Positions 28,416-38,994 of a stretch of 64,000 nucleotides of DNA are shown here, in pieces. Every line of letters begins with the position of its first letter. Position 1 is the first letter of the stretch. The DNA is from Bacillota bacterium (GTDB taxonomy: Bacteria > Bacillota > Clostridia > Acetivibrionales > DUMC01). The stretch covers positions 13,511-77,510 of the forward strand of contig JABUEW010000002.1 in NCBI GenBank assembly GCA_013314855.1. Direction: 5' to 3'. The translations under genes and the position numbers were made by a program. The notes under the pieces are model-generated. The model ran no database searches. It saw only the letters and a list, made by a program, of their open reading frames with translations, and had not been told where the DNA came from.

Positions 28416-28823
28416 GTGATTAACAGGAAAACAATGAACAGTAATAATTCCGAAGTTGTATCTAAAATAACAGGCTCACTTTATCCATTTATAATCATGT
28501 ATGGTTTCTACATAATTATAAACGGTCATATTACTCCAGGAGGAGGTTTTCAGGGAGGTACCGTCCTTGCTGCGGTATTTATAAGCCGCTATCTTGCCTT
28601 CCCTGTTTTCGATATCCGTATTAGTACCTTGCAAACCCTTGAAAAGATCTTTTTTATATGTATTCTTTCAATACCTGTATTATTTATTTTTCATGAGTGG
28701 AGCTTTAAGAATGACCTATTTAATTCAATTTATCTTGTACTTATGAATACTTTAATTGGGTTCAAAGTCTGCTGTGGTATATCAATAATATTTTTTAGAT
28801 TTATGTTTTATGAAGGAAAGTAA
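28416..28823 (+). CDS. mrpB: Antiporter subunit B (MrpB/MnhB; MbhF-like)
   Basis: NGHITPGGGFQGGTVLAA motif. Confidence 0.8.
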   Translation: MINRKTMNSNNSEVVSKITGSLYPFIIMYGFYIIINGHITPGGGFQGGTVLAAVFISRYLAFPVFDIRISTLQTLEKIFFICILSIPVLFIFHEWSFKNDLFNSIYLVLMNTLIGFKVCCGISIIFFRFMFYEGK

Positions 28824-28873
28824 ACCGAAAGTTTATTCAGGAGGTTTCGAAAAAAGAAGGAGCGGTGGTTTTA

Positions 28874-29215
28874 ATGTTGTTAACCGGTGAAATTGTAAGT
28901 ATTCTGGTATTTTTTATCGGCCTATATGGGTTAATTGCTAAAAGGAATATTATAAAATCCATAATTTCTATTGGAATTATGGACACCGCAGTAATACTGT
29001 ATTTTATTTCATGCAGTTTTAAGGAAGGGCGTCTCCCCCCAATTGGTGATATTTTGCCACAAGAAATGGTCGACCCTCTTCCCCAGGCTCTCATGATAAC
29101 GGCTATTGTAATAGGAGTAGGAGTTACAGCTATAGCTTTAACCATGTATATTCACTTGTACCGCAAGTATGGTACGGATAATTGGAAAAAAGTTATGAAG
29201 AAAAGGATGAAATAA
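28874..29215 (+). CDS. mrpC: Antiporter subunit C (MrpC/MnhC, NuoK-like; MbhG-like)
   Basis: IGLYGLIAKRNIIKSIISIGIMD and DPLPQALMITAIVIG motifs. The start could be GTG 28865 or ATG 28874. Confidence 0.8.
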   Translation: MLLTGEIVSILVFFIGLYGLIAKRNIIKSIISIGIMDTAVILYFISCSFKEGRLPPIGDILPQEMVDPLPQALMITAIVIGVGVTAIALTMYIHLYRKYGTDNWKKVMKKRMK

Positions 29216-30829
29216 ATGATACCTTTATATATACTTATACTTTCCCCCATATTCTTTGGAGGATTAAGTTTTATAACATTAGACAAATATTCAAGACATG
29301 TCGCTATAGTCTTCCAGTGCCTGCTTATCTTTGTATCGTTAAACAACTTTATACATCTGAAGAACTCTGTCAGCTATACATATATGGAGAAGTTGGGAGG
29401 GTGGAGTAATACTATTGGAATCTCCTTGAAACTAGATTTAATATCAGCTGTATTGGTGATTTTGACTACAGTTTTGTTTATGGCAATGCTTGTTTTTAAC
29501 CTCAAAAGCGCTTATGTTAATAAGCTGTTTTTATTCCTGTTCCTTGTTCTTGAAGGCTTAATAATAGGTATATTTGTCTCCCATGACTTTTTCAATGTTT
29601 TTGTTTTATATGAAGTATCAACTGTTATTGTAAGTATATTGATCATGTTTAAGAAGGATAAGCAGTCAATATACGATGGAATGCTGTATTTGCTTATAAA
29701 TATAGTTGCAATGGTTTTTTTCCTGTTTGGAACCGGTATTCTTTACAGGATATTTGGTGTTCTTGATTTTGCAGTTATACATGATAGAATGCTGCTTTTA
29801 AAAAATCCGCGCAGTTTGATTTTGCCTTACACATTTATTATTACTGCTGTAAGTCTTAAAACCGCTCTTATGCCTCTTTTCAGCTGGCTTCCCAAAGCTC
29901 ATGGTACACCCAGTGCACCTTCTATCATATCTGCAATACTATCAGGATTGTATGTTAAAAATGGTGTCTACCTGTTTTTGAGAGTTCAGAAAGTTTTTGA
30001 ACCTCACATTGATACAACGGATATCTTTCTTTTGATGGGCTTTTTAACGGCAATTGCCGGTTTTATACTTGCAATTTCCCAAAAAGATATAAAACTTATT
30101 TTAGCTTATCATACCGTTTCCCAGATTGGTCTTATCATGATGGGACTTAATATGGACAACGAACAGGCCTTTTGGGGAGCTGTTTACCATATAATTAACC
30201 ATGCTTTTTTTAAGTCTGTACTTTTCCTTACAGCAGGTATAATGATAGAGGAATACGGCACAAGAAATATATATGAAATACGAGGGACATTGAAACGTAT
30301 GCCTTCTGTTTCTATTGCAACAATTTTTGCTATTCTCGGTATTACCGGTGCTCCATTTTTTAACGGAAGCATGTCCAAGTACTGGATTGCATATGGAGCA
30401 AAAGACTCCCTTCTGGAAGTAGGTCTTATTATTGTAAATCTTGGTACAATAATATCCTTTGTAAAATACTCCACGGTATTCTTTGCACGGTCGGATACAC
30501 CCCCGGCAGTTACCCCGAATGTGCCTTTGTTACGTAAGATTACAGTCATGGGTATGGGAATTATATGTCTTGCCGGTGGTGTTTTTGCCAAACAGCTTAT
30601 AGGCTTTTTCTTCAATCAGCATTTGCCGGTAGAGCCAATTTCTTATATGGGGAAAGCCGGAATATTTATAATAAGCCTTTTCATAGGAAGTCTTATCTAT
30701 TTTAGGATTATCAAGAATCTTAAGCTGTTTTACAAATCAAAATCCGTAGAACTATCTTTTAATGATATATGTCTAACTATTTTCCTATTTTTTTCGTTTA
30801 TGCTTATATATTTGAAGATAAAATACTAG
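29216..30829 (+). CDS. mrpD: Antiporter-like subunit D (MrpD/MnhD, NuoM/N-like; MbhH-like)
   Basis: 537 aa and polytopic, with a proton-pumping-subunit core (WLPKAHGTPSAPSIISAILSG..., HIINHAFFKS). Confidence 0.85.
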   Translation: MIPLYILILSPIFFGGLSFITLDKYSRHVAIVFQCLLIFVSLNNFIHLKNSVSYTYMEKLGGWSNTIGISLKLDLISAVLVILTTVLFMAMLVFNLKSAYVNKLFLFLFLVLEGLIIGIFVSHDFFNVFVLYEVSTVIVSILIMFKKDKQSIYDGMLYLLINIVAMVFFLFGTGILYRIFGVLDFAVIHDRMLLLKNPRSLILPYTFIITAVSLKTALMPLFSWLPKAHGTPSAPSIISAILSGLYVKNGVYLFLRVQKVFEPHIDTTDIFLLMGFLTAIAGFILAISQKDIKLILAYHTVSQIGLIMMGLNMDNEQAFWGAVYHIINHAFFKSVLFLTAGIMIEEYGTRNIYEIRGTLKRMPSVSIATIFAILGITGAPFFNGSMSKYWIAYGAKDSLLEVGLIIVNLGTIISFVKYSTVFFARSDTPPAVTPNVPLLRKITVMGMGIICLAGGVFAKQLIGFFFNQHLPVEPISYMGKAGIFIISLFIGSLIYFRIIKNLKLFYKSKSVELSFNDICLTIFLFFSFMLIYLKIKY

Positions 30830-30972
30830 CGTTACATCGAATTTTTGTTCAAATTGTTTCCGGGTTTATTTGCCCCCGAAGTGAATTACACGTTCTATAA
30901 GCCTATAGCATCATTTCCGGAATATAATTCGTCATGGGAGGAAAATGTGCCCATAGTCTTTTATAGACTTCC

Positions 30973-32244
30973 TTATAAAAATTTGCTGTTTCCCCTAAAT
31001 CGTTTGACCAGATTCTTCAATATGCTGTAATTCTCGTAATAGTCAATATTATATGTAACTTCGTTTTCTCTTGGTATAATGAGAACTCCAAGGTCATTTA
31101 TACCTTCAGGGTAACATTTGTATTCATATTTCTTTTCTTTTCCGTCAGTACCAATAACCTCAACCCAAATAAAAGTGGGAAAACTCCCTAGCGCCTCTGC
31201 CATCCCCTCTTCTGTCTGCACATCCTTCCCATTTATACTCATTATAATATCCCCTCTTTTCATTCCCATCTTAAAGGCATGGCTTTCAGGTGGTACATCC
31301 AGTACTCTTACACCTCTGCGCACAGGTACAAACATAGGTATACCATGCCGTTCCCTGTAACGGCTATATAATACTATAGCTTCATGAGCTGCTATGGCAA
31401 AAACAGTCCCGATAACACTAAAAATATAAACATACCTGGCCGTTATTGCCAGTAAAAAAAGTAATACGCTATACAATAGAAACTGTATTCCCATTTCATG
31501 GCTTTTCTTCTCAGGCTGCCTTGTTATTGCCATGTCGGTATAACATAAAACTGAAATGGCACAATCTAGGCCAAATGCTATTGTCCCTGCTTCCACTGTT
31601 ACAGGATTAAAGAGAGTCCACCAGTCCACAGTAATACTTTCTGTTATAATATTTGTGTACTCTTGGGCAAGAAATGTAAGAAAAATAAGCGGCACCGGCC
31701 AAAACCTCCTGGTTAAAAAAGCTCCGGCAATTCCATGTTCGCTCCTTATATATATAGGAATGCAGTCCTTTCCTGCACCGGCATATACCATTATACCTTC
31801 AAAAAAGTGTACTATAGCCACCATGGCCAGTATTGAAGCAACGCTAATTCCGGGAATTTTAAAAACAAGACTTATAAATGCCAGTATTCCTCCCGCATAA
31901 GACAGACAAATATATCTAATATTAAATAGAATCAGGAAAGCCATAATAATGAGTAAATATTCAAAAACCTTTGTGTCCAAAGTAACGCCTACGGATACTA
32001 TTAAAAAACCGGAAACAAATCCGGCAACTACCCCAAAAAATATAGTTTCCTGGAATATTTCCCAAAGCTCTTTTTGAGTTTTTCCGTCATTACCGATATT
32101 AAATCCCCTATGCCTTATATACTGTGTTTTAACAAGCAGTACAATAATTATATAAACGGGAATAAGCTTATAGTTTAAAATAAACGCCGCCAGCAATTCC
32201 CGGGCAACAGCAGAAAGTATTTTTAATACAGGCAAATCATTCAT
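30973..32244 (-). CDS. Polytopic membrane protein with a C-terminal PDZ domain
   Basis: About 300 aa of TM segments, then GVRVLDVPPESHAFKMGMKRGDIIMSINGKDV (PDZ). No HExxH motif, so not called an M50 protease. Confidence 0.7.
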   Translation of the reverse strand: MNDLPVLKILSAVARELLAAFILNYKLIPVYIIIVLLVKTQYIRHRGFNIGNDGKTQKELWEIFQETIFFGVVAGFVSGFLIVSVGVTLDTKVFEYLLIIMAFLILFNIRYICLSYAGGILAFISLVFKIPGISVASILAMVAIVHFFEGIMVYAGAGKDCIPIYIRSEHGIAGAFLTRRFWPVPLIFLTFLAQEYTNIITESITVDWWTLFNPVTVEAGTIAFGLDCAISVLCYTDMAITRQPEKKSHEMGIQFLLYSVLLFLLAITARYVYIFSVIGTVFAIAAHEAIVLYSRYRERHGIPMFVPVRRGVRVLDVPPESHAFKMGMKRGDIIMSINGKDVQTEEGMAEALGSFPTFIWVEVIGTDGKEKKYEYKCYPEGINDLGVLIIPRENEVTYNIDYYENYSILKNLVKRFRGNSKFL

Positions 32245-32464
32245 CTCCTGTTATATTCAAATTAAGTGCATATCAAACTCATACATTGTTTTATTCTTTT
32301 TTTATAGTATAATTATAGCATATATTATCCAATAAAATATTAAAATTCGATAAAAGGGGTGCATTTTTTAAAAGTGAAGAAATATATTCGCTGATGACAT
32401 AAAATCATCTCTGGGATATAATACATATGTATATGTAATATATGCATAAAAGGAGAGATTTTTT

Positions 32465-34276
32465 TTGCCAGGATCTATCACGGATTTTATTAAAGAAAGT
32501 CCATATGTGCTTGCCGATGGGGCAATGGGAACCTATTTTGCGAAGTTGAGCGGAATAAGTGTAGATAGATGTGAGTTTTCCAATATTGAGGCACCGGGTA
32601 TAATAAAACGGATACACCAAGAATATATTGCAGCAGGAGCCCAGATTATAAAGACAAATACTTTTGCCGCAAATACAATTTCCCTTAAAACAGATTTAAG
32701 TACTATCAAAGATATAGTTAGTAAAGGATTTGAAATAGCAAGCAGAGCTGCTGAAGGGAAAAAGGTATATGTGCTTGGCGATATTGGGCCCATTCCGGAA
32801 GTAGAAGGGCATGATACTTTTTCAGAATACAAGGTTATTGTTGATACATTTATTGATTTAGGAGTCGAAGGTTTTATCTTCGAAACATTTAGCTCCTTTG
32901 ACAAGCTTCTTGACATCTGTAAATATATTAAACTTAAGGATGGCAAAGCTTTTATCCTTACCCAATTCGCAGTAACTCCAGAAGGTTTTACCAGAAAGGG
33001 AATTTCAGGTAAAAGAATCATAGACGCTGTCGCCAACTCTGGCGTAATAGATGCTTATGGATTTAATTGCTTATCAGGACCCATGCACCTGTTAAAATAT
33101 GTAAAAGGTTTTAATATAGCTGCTAAAATTAATACACATGAAAATAATAATTTAATATTGTCTGTAATGCCCAATGCAGGGTATCCTACTATCGAAAATG
33201 AGCGCACCCTTTATATGGATAATCCGGAGTATTTTGCAAATATTATGTCGGAGATAAGGAACCTGGGTGTAAAAATACTTGGAGGCTGTTGCGGCACCAC
33301 ACCCCGGCACATAAAAGAAATGGCGAAAATTCTAGGAGACAATAGAAAGATATACTCTTTTATAGAAACAGGAAAAAGGCCAAAAACCTACCCTGTTTTT
33401 GTCAAAAATAAATTTATGGAAAAGCTTGTCAGCGGTGAAATGGTATTAGCAGTAGAACTTGATCCACCTGCCGATGCACATATTGAAAATATGATTGAAG
33501 GAGCAAAAGCTATCAGGGAATGTGGGGCGGATATAATAACAATTGCCGATTGTCCCCTTGGAAGGGCAAGGGTTGACAGCTCTATCCTCGCTGCAAAAAT
33601 TAAAAGGGAAGCAAACATTGATACCCTCCCCCATATAGCCTGCAGAGACAGAAATTTGAATGCAATAAAGGCATTATTATTAGGTTTGCACATTGAAGGC
33701 ATACGAAATGTACTTGCAGTTACAGGAGACCCAATACCTGAAGCTGAAAGGAATCAAATAAAAGGGGTGTTTAATTTTAACTCGTATATGCTTATTGAAT
33801 TCATAAAAGAGTTAAATCATAATGAGTTTACCGGAGACGGTCTTTTTATCGGCGGGGCGCTTAATGTAAACTCCACAAACTTTGATGTGGAGCTTAAAAG
33901 GGCAAAAACCAAAATACAAAAGGGTGCCGGATACTTTTTAACTCAACCGGTTTTCAGTGATAAGGGAATAAATGCTTTAAAAGAAGCGAAAAATACCCTT
34001 GATGCAAAAATTCTGGGTGGTATACTTCCAATAGTAAGTTACCGCAATGCCAACTTTTTGAATAATGAGATTCCGGGAATAATGGTACCTGAAAGTATTA
34101 TAAAGCAATTTGAAGGAAAAGGCCGGGAAGAAGCGGAAGTAACAGGCATTAGCTTTGCTGTTGAAATGTGTAGTAGAATTATACCTTATGTGGATGGAAT
34201 TTATCTTATAACACCTTTTAACAGGTGGCAGATGATATGTAAAATCATTAAAGAGATTAAATCCCGTCTTACTTGA
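32465..34276 (+). CDS. yitJ: Bifunctional homocysteine S-methyltransferase / 5,10-methylenetetrahydrofolate reductase (YitJ-type)
   Basis: N-terminal HMT domain with Zn-site GGCCGTTPRHI. C-terminal MetF-like domain (LAVTGDP..., YFLTQPVF). TTG start 8 nt after AAGGAGAG. Confidence 0.8.
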   Translation: MPGSITDFIKESPYVLADGAMGTYFAKLSGISVDRCEFSNIEAPGIIKRIHQEYIAAGAQIIKTNTFAANTISLKTDLSTIKDIVSKGFEIASRAAEGKKVYVLGDIGPIPEVEGHDTFSEYKVIVDTFIDLGVEGFIFETFSSFDKLLDICKYIKLKDGKAFILTQFAVTPEGFTRKGISGKRIIDAVANSGVIDAYGFNCLSGPMHLLKYVKGFNIAAKINTHENNNLILSVMPNAGYPTIENERTLYMDNPEYFANIMSEIRNLGVKILGGCCGTTPRHIKEMAKILGDNRKIYSFIETGKRPKTYPVFVKNKFMEKLVSGEMVLAVELDPPADAHIENMIEGAKAIRECGADIITIADCPLGRARVDSSILAAKIKREANIDTLPHIACRDRNLNAIKALLLGLHIEGIRNVLAVTGDPIPEAERNQIKGVFNFNSYMLIEFIKELNHNEFTGDGLFIGGALNVNSTNFDVELKRAKTKIQKGAGYFLTQPVFSDKGINALKEAKNTLDAKILGGILPIVSYRNANFLNNEIPGIMVPESIIKQFEGKGREEAEVTGISFAVEMCSRIIPYVDGIYLITPFNRWQMICKIIKEIKSRLT

Positions 34277-34301
34277 ATTGGCCTTTGAAATATAGACGTT
34301 A

Positions 34302-35135
34302 TTATATTATCTCAACAATTTTTTTAATAAGCTTTACAAGCTTGCTGGCAACAGTGTTTGCCGTATCTACCACATCCCTGTGATTTAGAGGTTTGCCAAG
34401 CACTCCTGCAGCCATATTTGTTATACAGGAAATACCCAATACATTAATTCCTCCATGGTTTGCGACAATAACTTCAGGTACTGTAGACATACCTACGGCA
34501 TCTGCTCCTATTATTCTTAAATACCTTATTTCAGCCGGTGTTTCATAGCTGGGTCCTGTTAGAGCGGCATAAATTCCTTTTCGTAATTCTATAGAAAGGC
34601 TTCTAGCAGCTTCTTCAGCTTTTCTTCCAAGTTCCCTGTCGTAAGCCTCGGACATGTCCGGGAACCTTGGGCCGAAGCTCTCAATGTTTTCCCCTATTAG
34701 GGGATTCACACCCATAAGGTTTATATGGTCTTCTATAAGCATTAGGTCCCCCGGTTTAAATTCTATATTAATCCCCCCTGCAGAATTAGTTACAATAAGC
34801 TTTGATATTCCAAGCTTTTGCATAACCCTTACAGGATAAGTAACTTGATATATACTGTAGCCTTCATAGTAGTGAAATCTCCCCTGCATGCAGATAACAG
34901 GTTTCCCTGATAGTTCACCCAAGACAAGCTGCCCTTTGTGGCCTTCTACCGTAGATACGGGGAAGTGAGGAATATTTATATAAGGTATAACTACCATATC
35001 CTCTATTGCTTCTGCCAGCACTCCGAGCCCAGAACCCAAGATAAGCCCAATTTCCGGACCGGTTTCAGAGCTTATTCCTGCCTGTTCTTTTATATACTTG
35101 ATGGTATCATTTATCTTCCGGTTTAATAGTATCAT
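34302..35135 (-). CDS. punA: Purine nucleoside phosphorylase (PunA/PNP family)
   Basis: GLILGSGLG, STVEGHKGQLVLG, QGRFHYYEGY and VGMSTVPEV motifs. Confidence 0.85.
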   Translation of the reverse strand: MILLNRKINDTIKYIKEQAGISSETGPEIGLILGSGLGVLAEAIEDMVVIPYINIPHFPVSTVEGHKGQLVLGELSGKPVICMQGRFHYYEGYSIYQVTYPVRVMQKLGISKLIVTNSAGGINIEFKPGDLMLIEDHINLMGVNPLIGENIESFGPRFPDMSEAYDRELGRKAEEAARSLSIELRKGIYAALTGPSYETPAEIRYLRIIGADAVGMSTVPEVIVANHGGINVLGISCITNMAAGVLGKPLNHRDVVDTANTVASKLVKLIKKIVEII

Positions 35136-35446
35136 CAGTCACTGCTCCCTCCTTTCTTTCTTCATACTACCACCCAAGAATCCTACGGTTTAGTCGTTTG
35201 GAGTGTCAATCTGTTGCATAATTATCAAAATAGCCTTGGATCAATACTATTGGAGTGCCTTATTCTGTCCACTTTTTACATTTCAGAATAAGTATACACT
35301 AATATAATCCACCAGTCAAAAGTTTTTTATATAAAAATGTTTAAAAGTATGATATGGTGGCATATATAAGTCATATACGTAATTACTGGTTAATTCTATT
35401 ATATTTATTTTAATAAATAATATCATTTTACAGGAGGTTGTTTTTA

Positions 35447-36040
35447 ATGAAATCACTAAAAGGCACAAAAACTGCCGAGAATCTTTTAAAAGCTTTTGCC
35501 GGCGAATCCCAGGCCAGGAACCGTTATACATTTTATGCATCGGTTGCCGACAAGGAGGGATATAAGCAGATTAAGAATATTTTCATTGAAACTGCCGATA
35601 ATGAAAAGGAACATGCTAAAAGATTTTATAAGTTCCTGTTGGAAGGCTTAAAGGAAGAGTTGCCTGCAACAGTTGAAATTAATGCAGCTTATCCCGTTGC
35701 TCAGGGCACAACGCTGGACAACCTTAAAGCAGCAGCCAGCGGTGAGAATGAAGAATGGTCGGAACTTTATCCTGCTTTCGCAAAAGTTGCTGAAGAAGAG
35801 GGATTCCCGGAAATAGCAAATGTATTTAGAATGATTGCTTCTGTAGAAAAAAGGCACGAAACCAGGTATCAGAAGCTGGCAGACAATATTGTTAATAACA
35901 AGGTGTTTAATAAAGACAATAAAATTCTCTGGAAATGCGGCAACTGCGGTTATGTACATGAAGGCACAAGCGCACCCGAAATTTGTCCTGCCTGCGCGCA
36001 TCCACAGGCTTTCTTTGAAGTGTTTGTTGAAGCATATTAG
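35447..36040 (+). CDS. rbr: Rubrerythrin
   Basis: [24 protein letters not shown] ferritin-like di-iron domain plus a C-terminal rubredoxin CGNCG...CPAC. GGAGG 9 nt upstream of the ATG at 35447. Confidence 0.9.
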   Translation: MKSLKGTKTAENLLKAFAGESQARNRYTFYASVADKEGYKQIKNIFIETADNEKEHAKRFYKFLLEGLKEELPATVEINAAYPVAQGTTLDNLKAAASGENEEWSELYPAFAKVAEEEGFPEIANVFRMIASVEKRHETRYQKLADNIVNNKVFNKDNKILWKCGNCGYVHEGTSAPEICPACAHPQAFFEVFVEAY

Positions 36041-36097
36041 CAGTAAATCGGATTCACATGTAAATTTCCCCTATGGCCTTTAAGTCATTCCATTTCG

Positions 36098-36148
36098 GAA
36101 ACCAGGGGGTATTTCTGTTTAATTTTAAACTCCTGGTTTCTTTTATTA
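36098..36148 (+). terminator. Rho-independent terminator after rbr
   Basis: GAAACCAGG / CCTGGTTTC stem followed by TTTTATTATTT. The loop is long. Confidence 0.5.
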
Positions 36149-36318
36149 TTTCTGCCAAGCCAGCTGGTTCTCGTTCTTTTCTTAGTTTATAAACTTCAAT
36201 ATGATCTGCTTATAAAACTGCACATGCTATGCTGCACATTACGAATCTAACTCCTCAGAGCTGGGTTATGAATTTGGTAATTGAGAGGAATAAATTTACG
36301 TGCGTCATCCAGTCCCAA

Positions 36319-37527
36319 TTATTTCTTATACAGGATTTTACCGCCAACTATAGTCATTTCAACGTTTATATTTTCATCAAATATTACAATATCAGCATCT
36401 TTTCCAGGTACTATACTGCCCTTATTATTGCTTACACCAATAATTGACGCTGGAGTTAGAGTCATCATCTTGACCGCATCTATAAGGGAAACACCTGCTA
36501 AATTAACCATATTCCGCACCAGTCGGTCAGCAGTCGCCACACTGCCTGCAAAGGCTGTCCTATCGGGAAGCTTTGCAACCCCATCTTCAACAATAACCCG
36601 CATGCCGTTTTCCAAACTTCCGATAATGCTTTCACCTTCAGGTAGTCCGGCAGCGCGCATAGAATCCGTTACTAAAGCAATACGGTCTGCACCTTTAATT
36701 TTATATATGAGTTTTAAAAGGCTTGCAGGCAGGTGAGAACCATCAGCAATTATTTCGACAGTCATCTCATCAATCAAATAAGCTGCCTCTACAACCCCGG
36801 CATACCTGTATGCATTTATTCTCCTTACCATGGATGTAGCTGAGTACAAATGGGTAATATGGGTAAACCCATTTTCAAAAGCCTCCAATACTTGTTCATA
36901 AATAGCATCAGTGTGAGCTATTGAAGCAAGAATACCCCTTTTCTTTAAATACCTGCCGAACTTCAGAGCACCTTCCAATTCGGGGGCTGCACTCCACCTG
37001 ATTATATCATCGGTCCAGCTTAATATCTCCTTATATTCTTCAGGTTTCGGATTCCTTATAAATCTTGGATCCTGTGCACCTTTCTGGGCCATGGAAAAAT
37101 AAGGACCCTCCAGGTGCAAGCCCAAAAACTGTGAGCCTCTTTTGTTTTCCAGTTTAGCCTTTCTATAAACCTCAAAAGTTTTCTTTAATTCTTCATTTGT
37201 GCTTGTAGTGGTAGTAGGTACCATGGCAGTTGTGCCATGCTGTACATGCTTTTCTGCAGCTCCAAGATATGCTTCAACCGTACCATCGAGGAAATCGTGT
37301 CCTCCTCCCCCATGTGTATGAATATCTATAAACCCGGGTGCTACATACTTGCCTTCTGCATCCACTATTTCGCAACAGCCATTGTTTGTTTTACAATAAC
37401 TATCGTTTACTTCACTCTCTTCTTCTCCTACCTTAATTATTTCCCCTTCTTCTATTAATACACAACTGTTCTTAATAATCCTAAAAGGTGTTATCACATT
37501 TGCATTAACAATCATCATTTTTCCCAT
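36319..37527 (-). CDS. nagA: N-acetylglucosamine-6-phosphate deacetylase
   Basis: PGFIDIHTHGGGGHDF, LHLEGPY and IAHTDA motifs. Confidence 0.85.
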   Translation of the reverse strand: MGKMMIVNANVITPFRIIKNSCVLIEEGEIIKVGEEESEVNDSYCKTNNGCCEIVDAEGKYVAPGFIDIHTHGGGGHDFLDGTVEAYLGAAEKHVQHGTTAMVPTTTTSTNEELKKTFEVYRKAKLENKRGSQFLGLHLEGPYFSMAQKGAQDPRFIRNPKPEEYKEILSWTDDIIRWSAAPELEGALKFGRYLKKRGILASIAHTDAIYEQVLEAFENGFTHITHLYSATSMVRRINAYRYAGVVEAAYLIDEMTVEIIADGSHLPASLLKLIYKIKGADRIALVTDSMRAAGLPEGESIIGSLENGMRVIVEDGVAKLPDRTAFAGSVATADRLVRNMVNLAGVSLIDAVKMMTLTPASIIGVSNNKGSIVPGKDADIVIFDENINVEMTIVGGKILYKK

Positions 37528-37657
37528 ACAGCCACACTCTCACTTTCTAAACATGTAGTTTTTTATATGCATACAAGTATATCTGCATTTGCTTGACTCT
37601 GTCACAGCAAAGCCACGGGATTCTTGAGAAGTTTGGCGATGTTTTGCCAAGGTATTT

Positions 37658-37978
37658 CTACTTGGGCCAGTTTGCAAAATACAGATACTCCAGGTTTTCT
37701 TCCGAAATACACGTCATATTATGTCTCTTGTTCCTTGGTACATAAGCAACCATACCAGGACCCACTTCCTGTTTCTCATCTCCAACCATAAGTATTGCCC
37801 GTCCTTTAAGTATAACATATATTTCTTCTTCATCATCATGTATATCAATTTTTGTGGAATTCCCGCTCTCTACCTGTACATATCCCAATGCAATAGTTTC
37901 TGTTTCCTCTCTTTTTACTAAAAGCCTGTTTATTGCTCCTGCTATTTCGCCTTCTTCCCATATTTTTCTTACCAACAT
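37658..37978 (-). CDS. Cupin-domain protein
   Basis: 106 aa with cupin_2-like IHDDEEEIYVILKG...GDE...GPG..AYVP...H. Sits between nagB and nagA. Confidence 0.65.
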   Translation of the reverse strand: MLVRKIWEEGEIAGAINRLLVKREETETIALGYVQVESGNSTKIDIHDDEEEIYVILKGRAILMVGDEKQEVGPGMVAYVPRNKRHNMTCISEENLEYLYFANWPK

Positions 37979-38079
37979 GTTAATATCCTCCTTTCAATGA
38001 ACCATAATTTGTTCCATTACAACTATTGATAAAAATACCAATATCTATTTTCTTAATAACCTCTTTTATAATACATTTT

Positions 38080-38850
38080 TTATAATACATTTCTTCCGCT
38101 GTCCTTATCAATATAAAGTATTGCATTATCATGCTTCCTCAAAATAGATGCAGGGCATTCTTCACTAATTCTGCCCTTAATTGTATTGGTAACGGCTTCT
38201 GTTTTCGTGTTTCCCGGAACCATACAAAAAATATATTTTCCTGCCATAAGAGCCGGTATTGTGAGTGTTATCGCATACTTGGGCACATCGTCCAGTGTTT
38301 TGAAACATCCGTCATTTACCTGTTGTTGCCTGCATTTTTCCTCCAATTCTACAACCTTTACAAGTTTCTTATCGTTAAAATCCGCAACAGGAGGATCGTT
38401 AAAAGCGATATGTCCATTCTCTCCTATACCCATACATACAATATCAGTAGGGTATTGCTTTAATAGAGTGGAATACCTTTCACATTCCTTTTCCGTGTCT
38501 TCGGCACTTAAATCAATATAGTTTACCGATTTGAAGCTTACTTTGCCGAATATCCTCTCTTTAAGAAAATTTCCAAAAGCCTGTGGTGCATCTTTAGATA
38601 TTCCTACATATTCATCCATATGGAAAGCATTAATCCTGCTCCAGTCAATATCCTTTTCTTTTACCAGCGAAGCTAAAAATTCGTTCTGAGAAGGAGCAGC
38701 AGCAAAAATAATATTAATCTCCTGCTTTTCCTGAAGAAGCTCCCTGATTTTAACGGCTGCTTCTTTTGCAGCTTCTTCTCCCAGGGCCTGTCTTGAGTCA
38801 AATACCTTAACAATTAAACTGTCAACTTTCATTTCTTTAATTTTACTCAT
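38080..38850 (-). CDS. nagB: Glucosamine-6-phosphate deaminase (NagB/6-PGL family)
   Basis: IIFAAAPSQNEFL, HMDEYVG and MGIGENGHIAFNDP motifs. Confidence 0.85.
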   Translation of the reverse strand: MSKIKEMKVDSLIVKVFDSRQALGEEAAKEAAVKIRELLQEKQEINIIFAAAPSQNEFLASLVKEKDIDWSRINAFHMDEYVGISKDAPQAFGNFLKERIFGKVSFKSVNYIDLSAEDTEKECERYSTLLKQYPTDIVCMGIGENGHIAFNDPPVADFNDKKLVKVVELEEKCRQQQVNDGCFKTLDDVPKYAITLTIPALMAGKYIFCMVPGNTKTEAVTNTIKGRISEECPASILRKHDNAILYIDKDSGRNVL

Positions 38851-38994
38851 TTAATATAACCTCCTATATTTCAGTGTTTTGCTTATCATTAATACAATTT
38901 TTTGTAATTTATATGCTTTATAACTATCGACATTAATAAACGTTTCTTCTGCCCATTGTCACTGCTCCAAATCATATGTGAATAAGTATTTAGT

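Noticed and set aside
27301-30615. Minus-strand ORFs antisense to the mrp genes (27301-27558, 28837-29145, 29152-29346, 30184-30615)
   Set aside because: They lie inside tightly coupled, motif-supported membrane-protein genes and have no RBS. They look like typical hydrophobic mirror frames.
32250-32464. Looked for a SAM (S-box) riboswitch upstream of the yitJ-type gene
   Set aside because: The approximately 215-nt leader is very AT-rich. It lacks the conserved GC-rich S-box helices and kink-turn sequence and has no terminator/antiterminator pair that I could fold by eye. A covariance-model scan would be decisive.
35136-35330. Looked for a purine/guanine riboswitch upstream of the purine nucleoside phosphorylase gene
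   Set aside because: I saw no three-way-junction core with the conserved loop sequences. Only a generic leader with a GGAGGG RBS is present.
35330-35440. Possible PerR/Fur-type box upstream of rubrerythrin
   Set aside because: The AT-rich promoter has several TAAT/ATTA runs. None forms a convincing 7-1-7 inverted repeat by eye.
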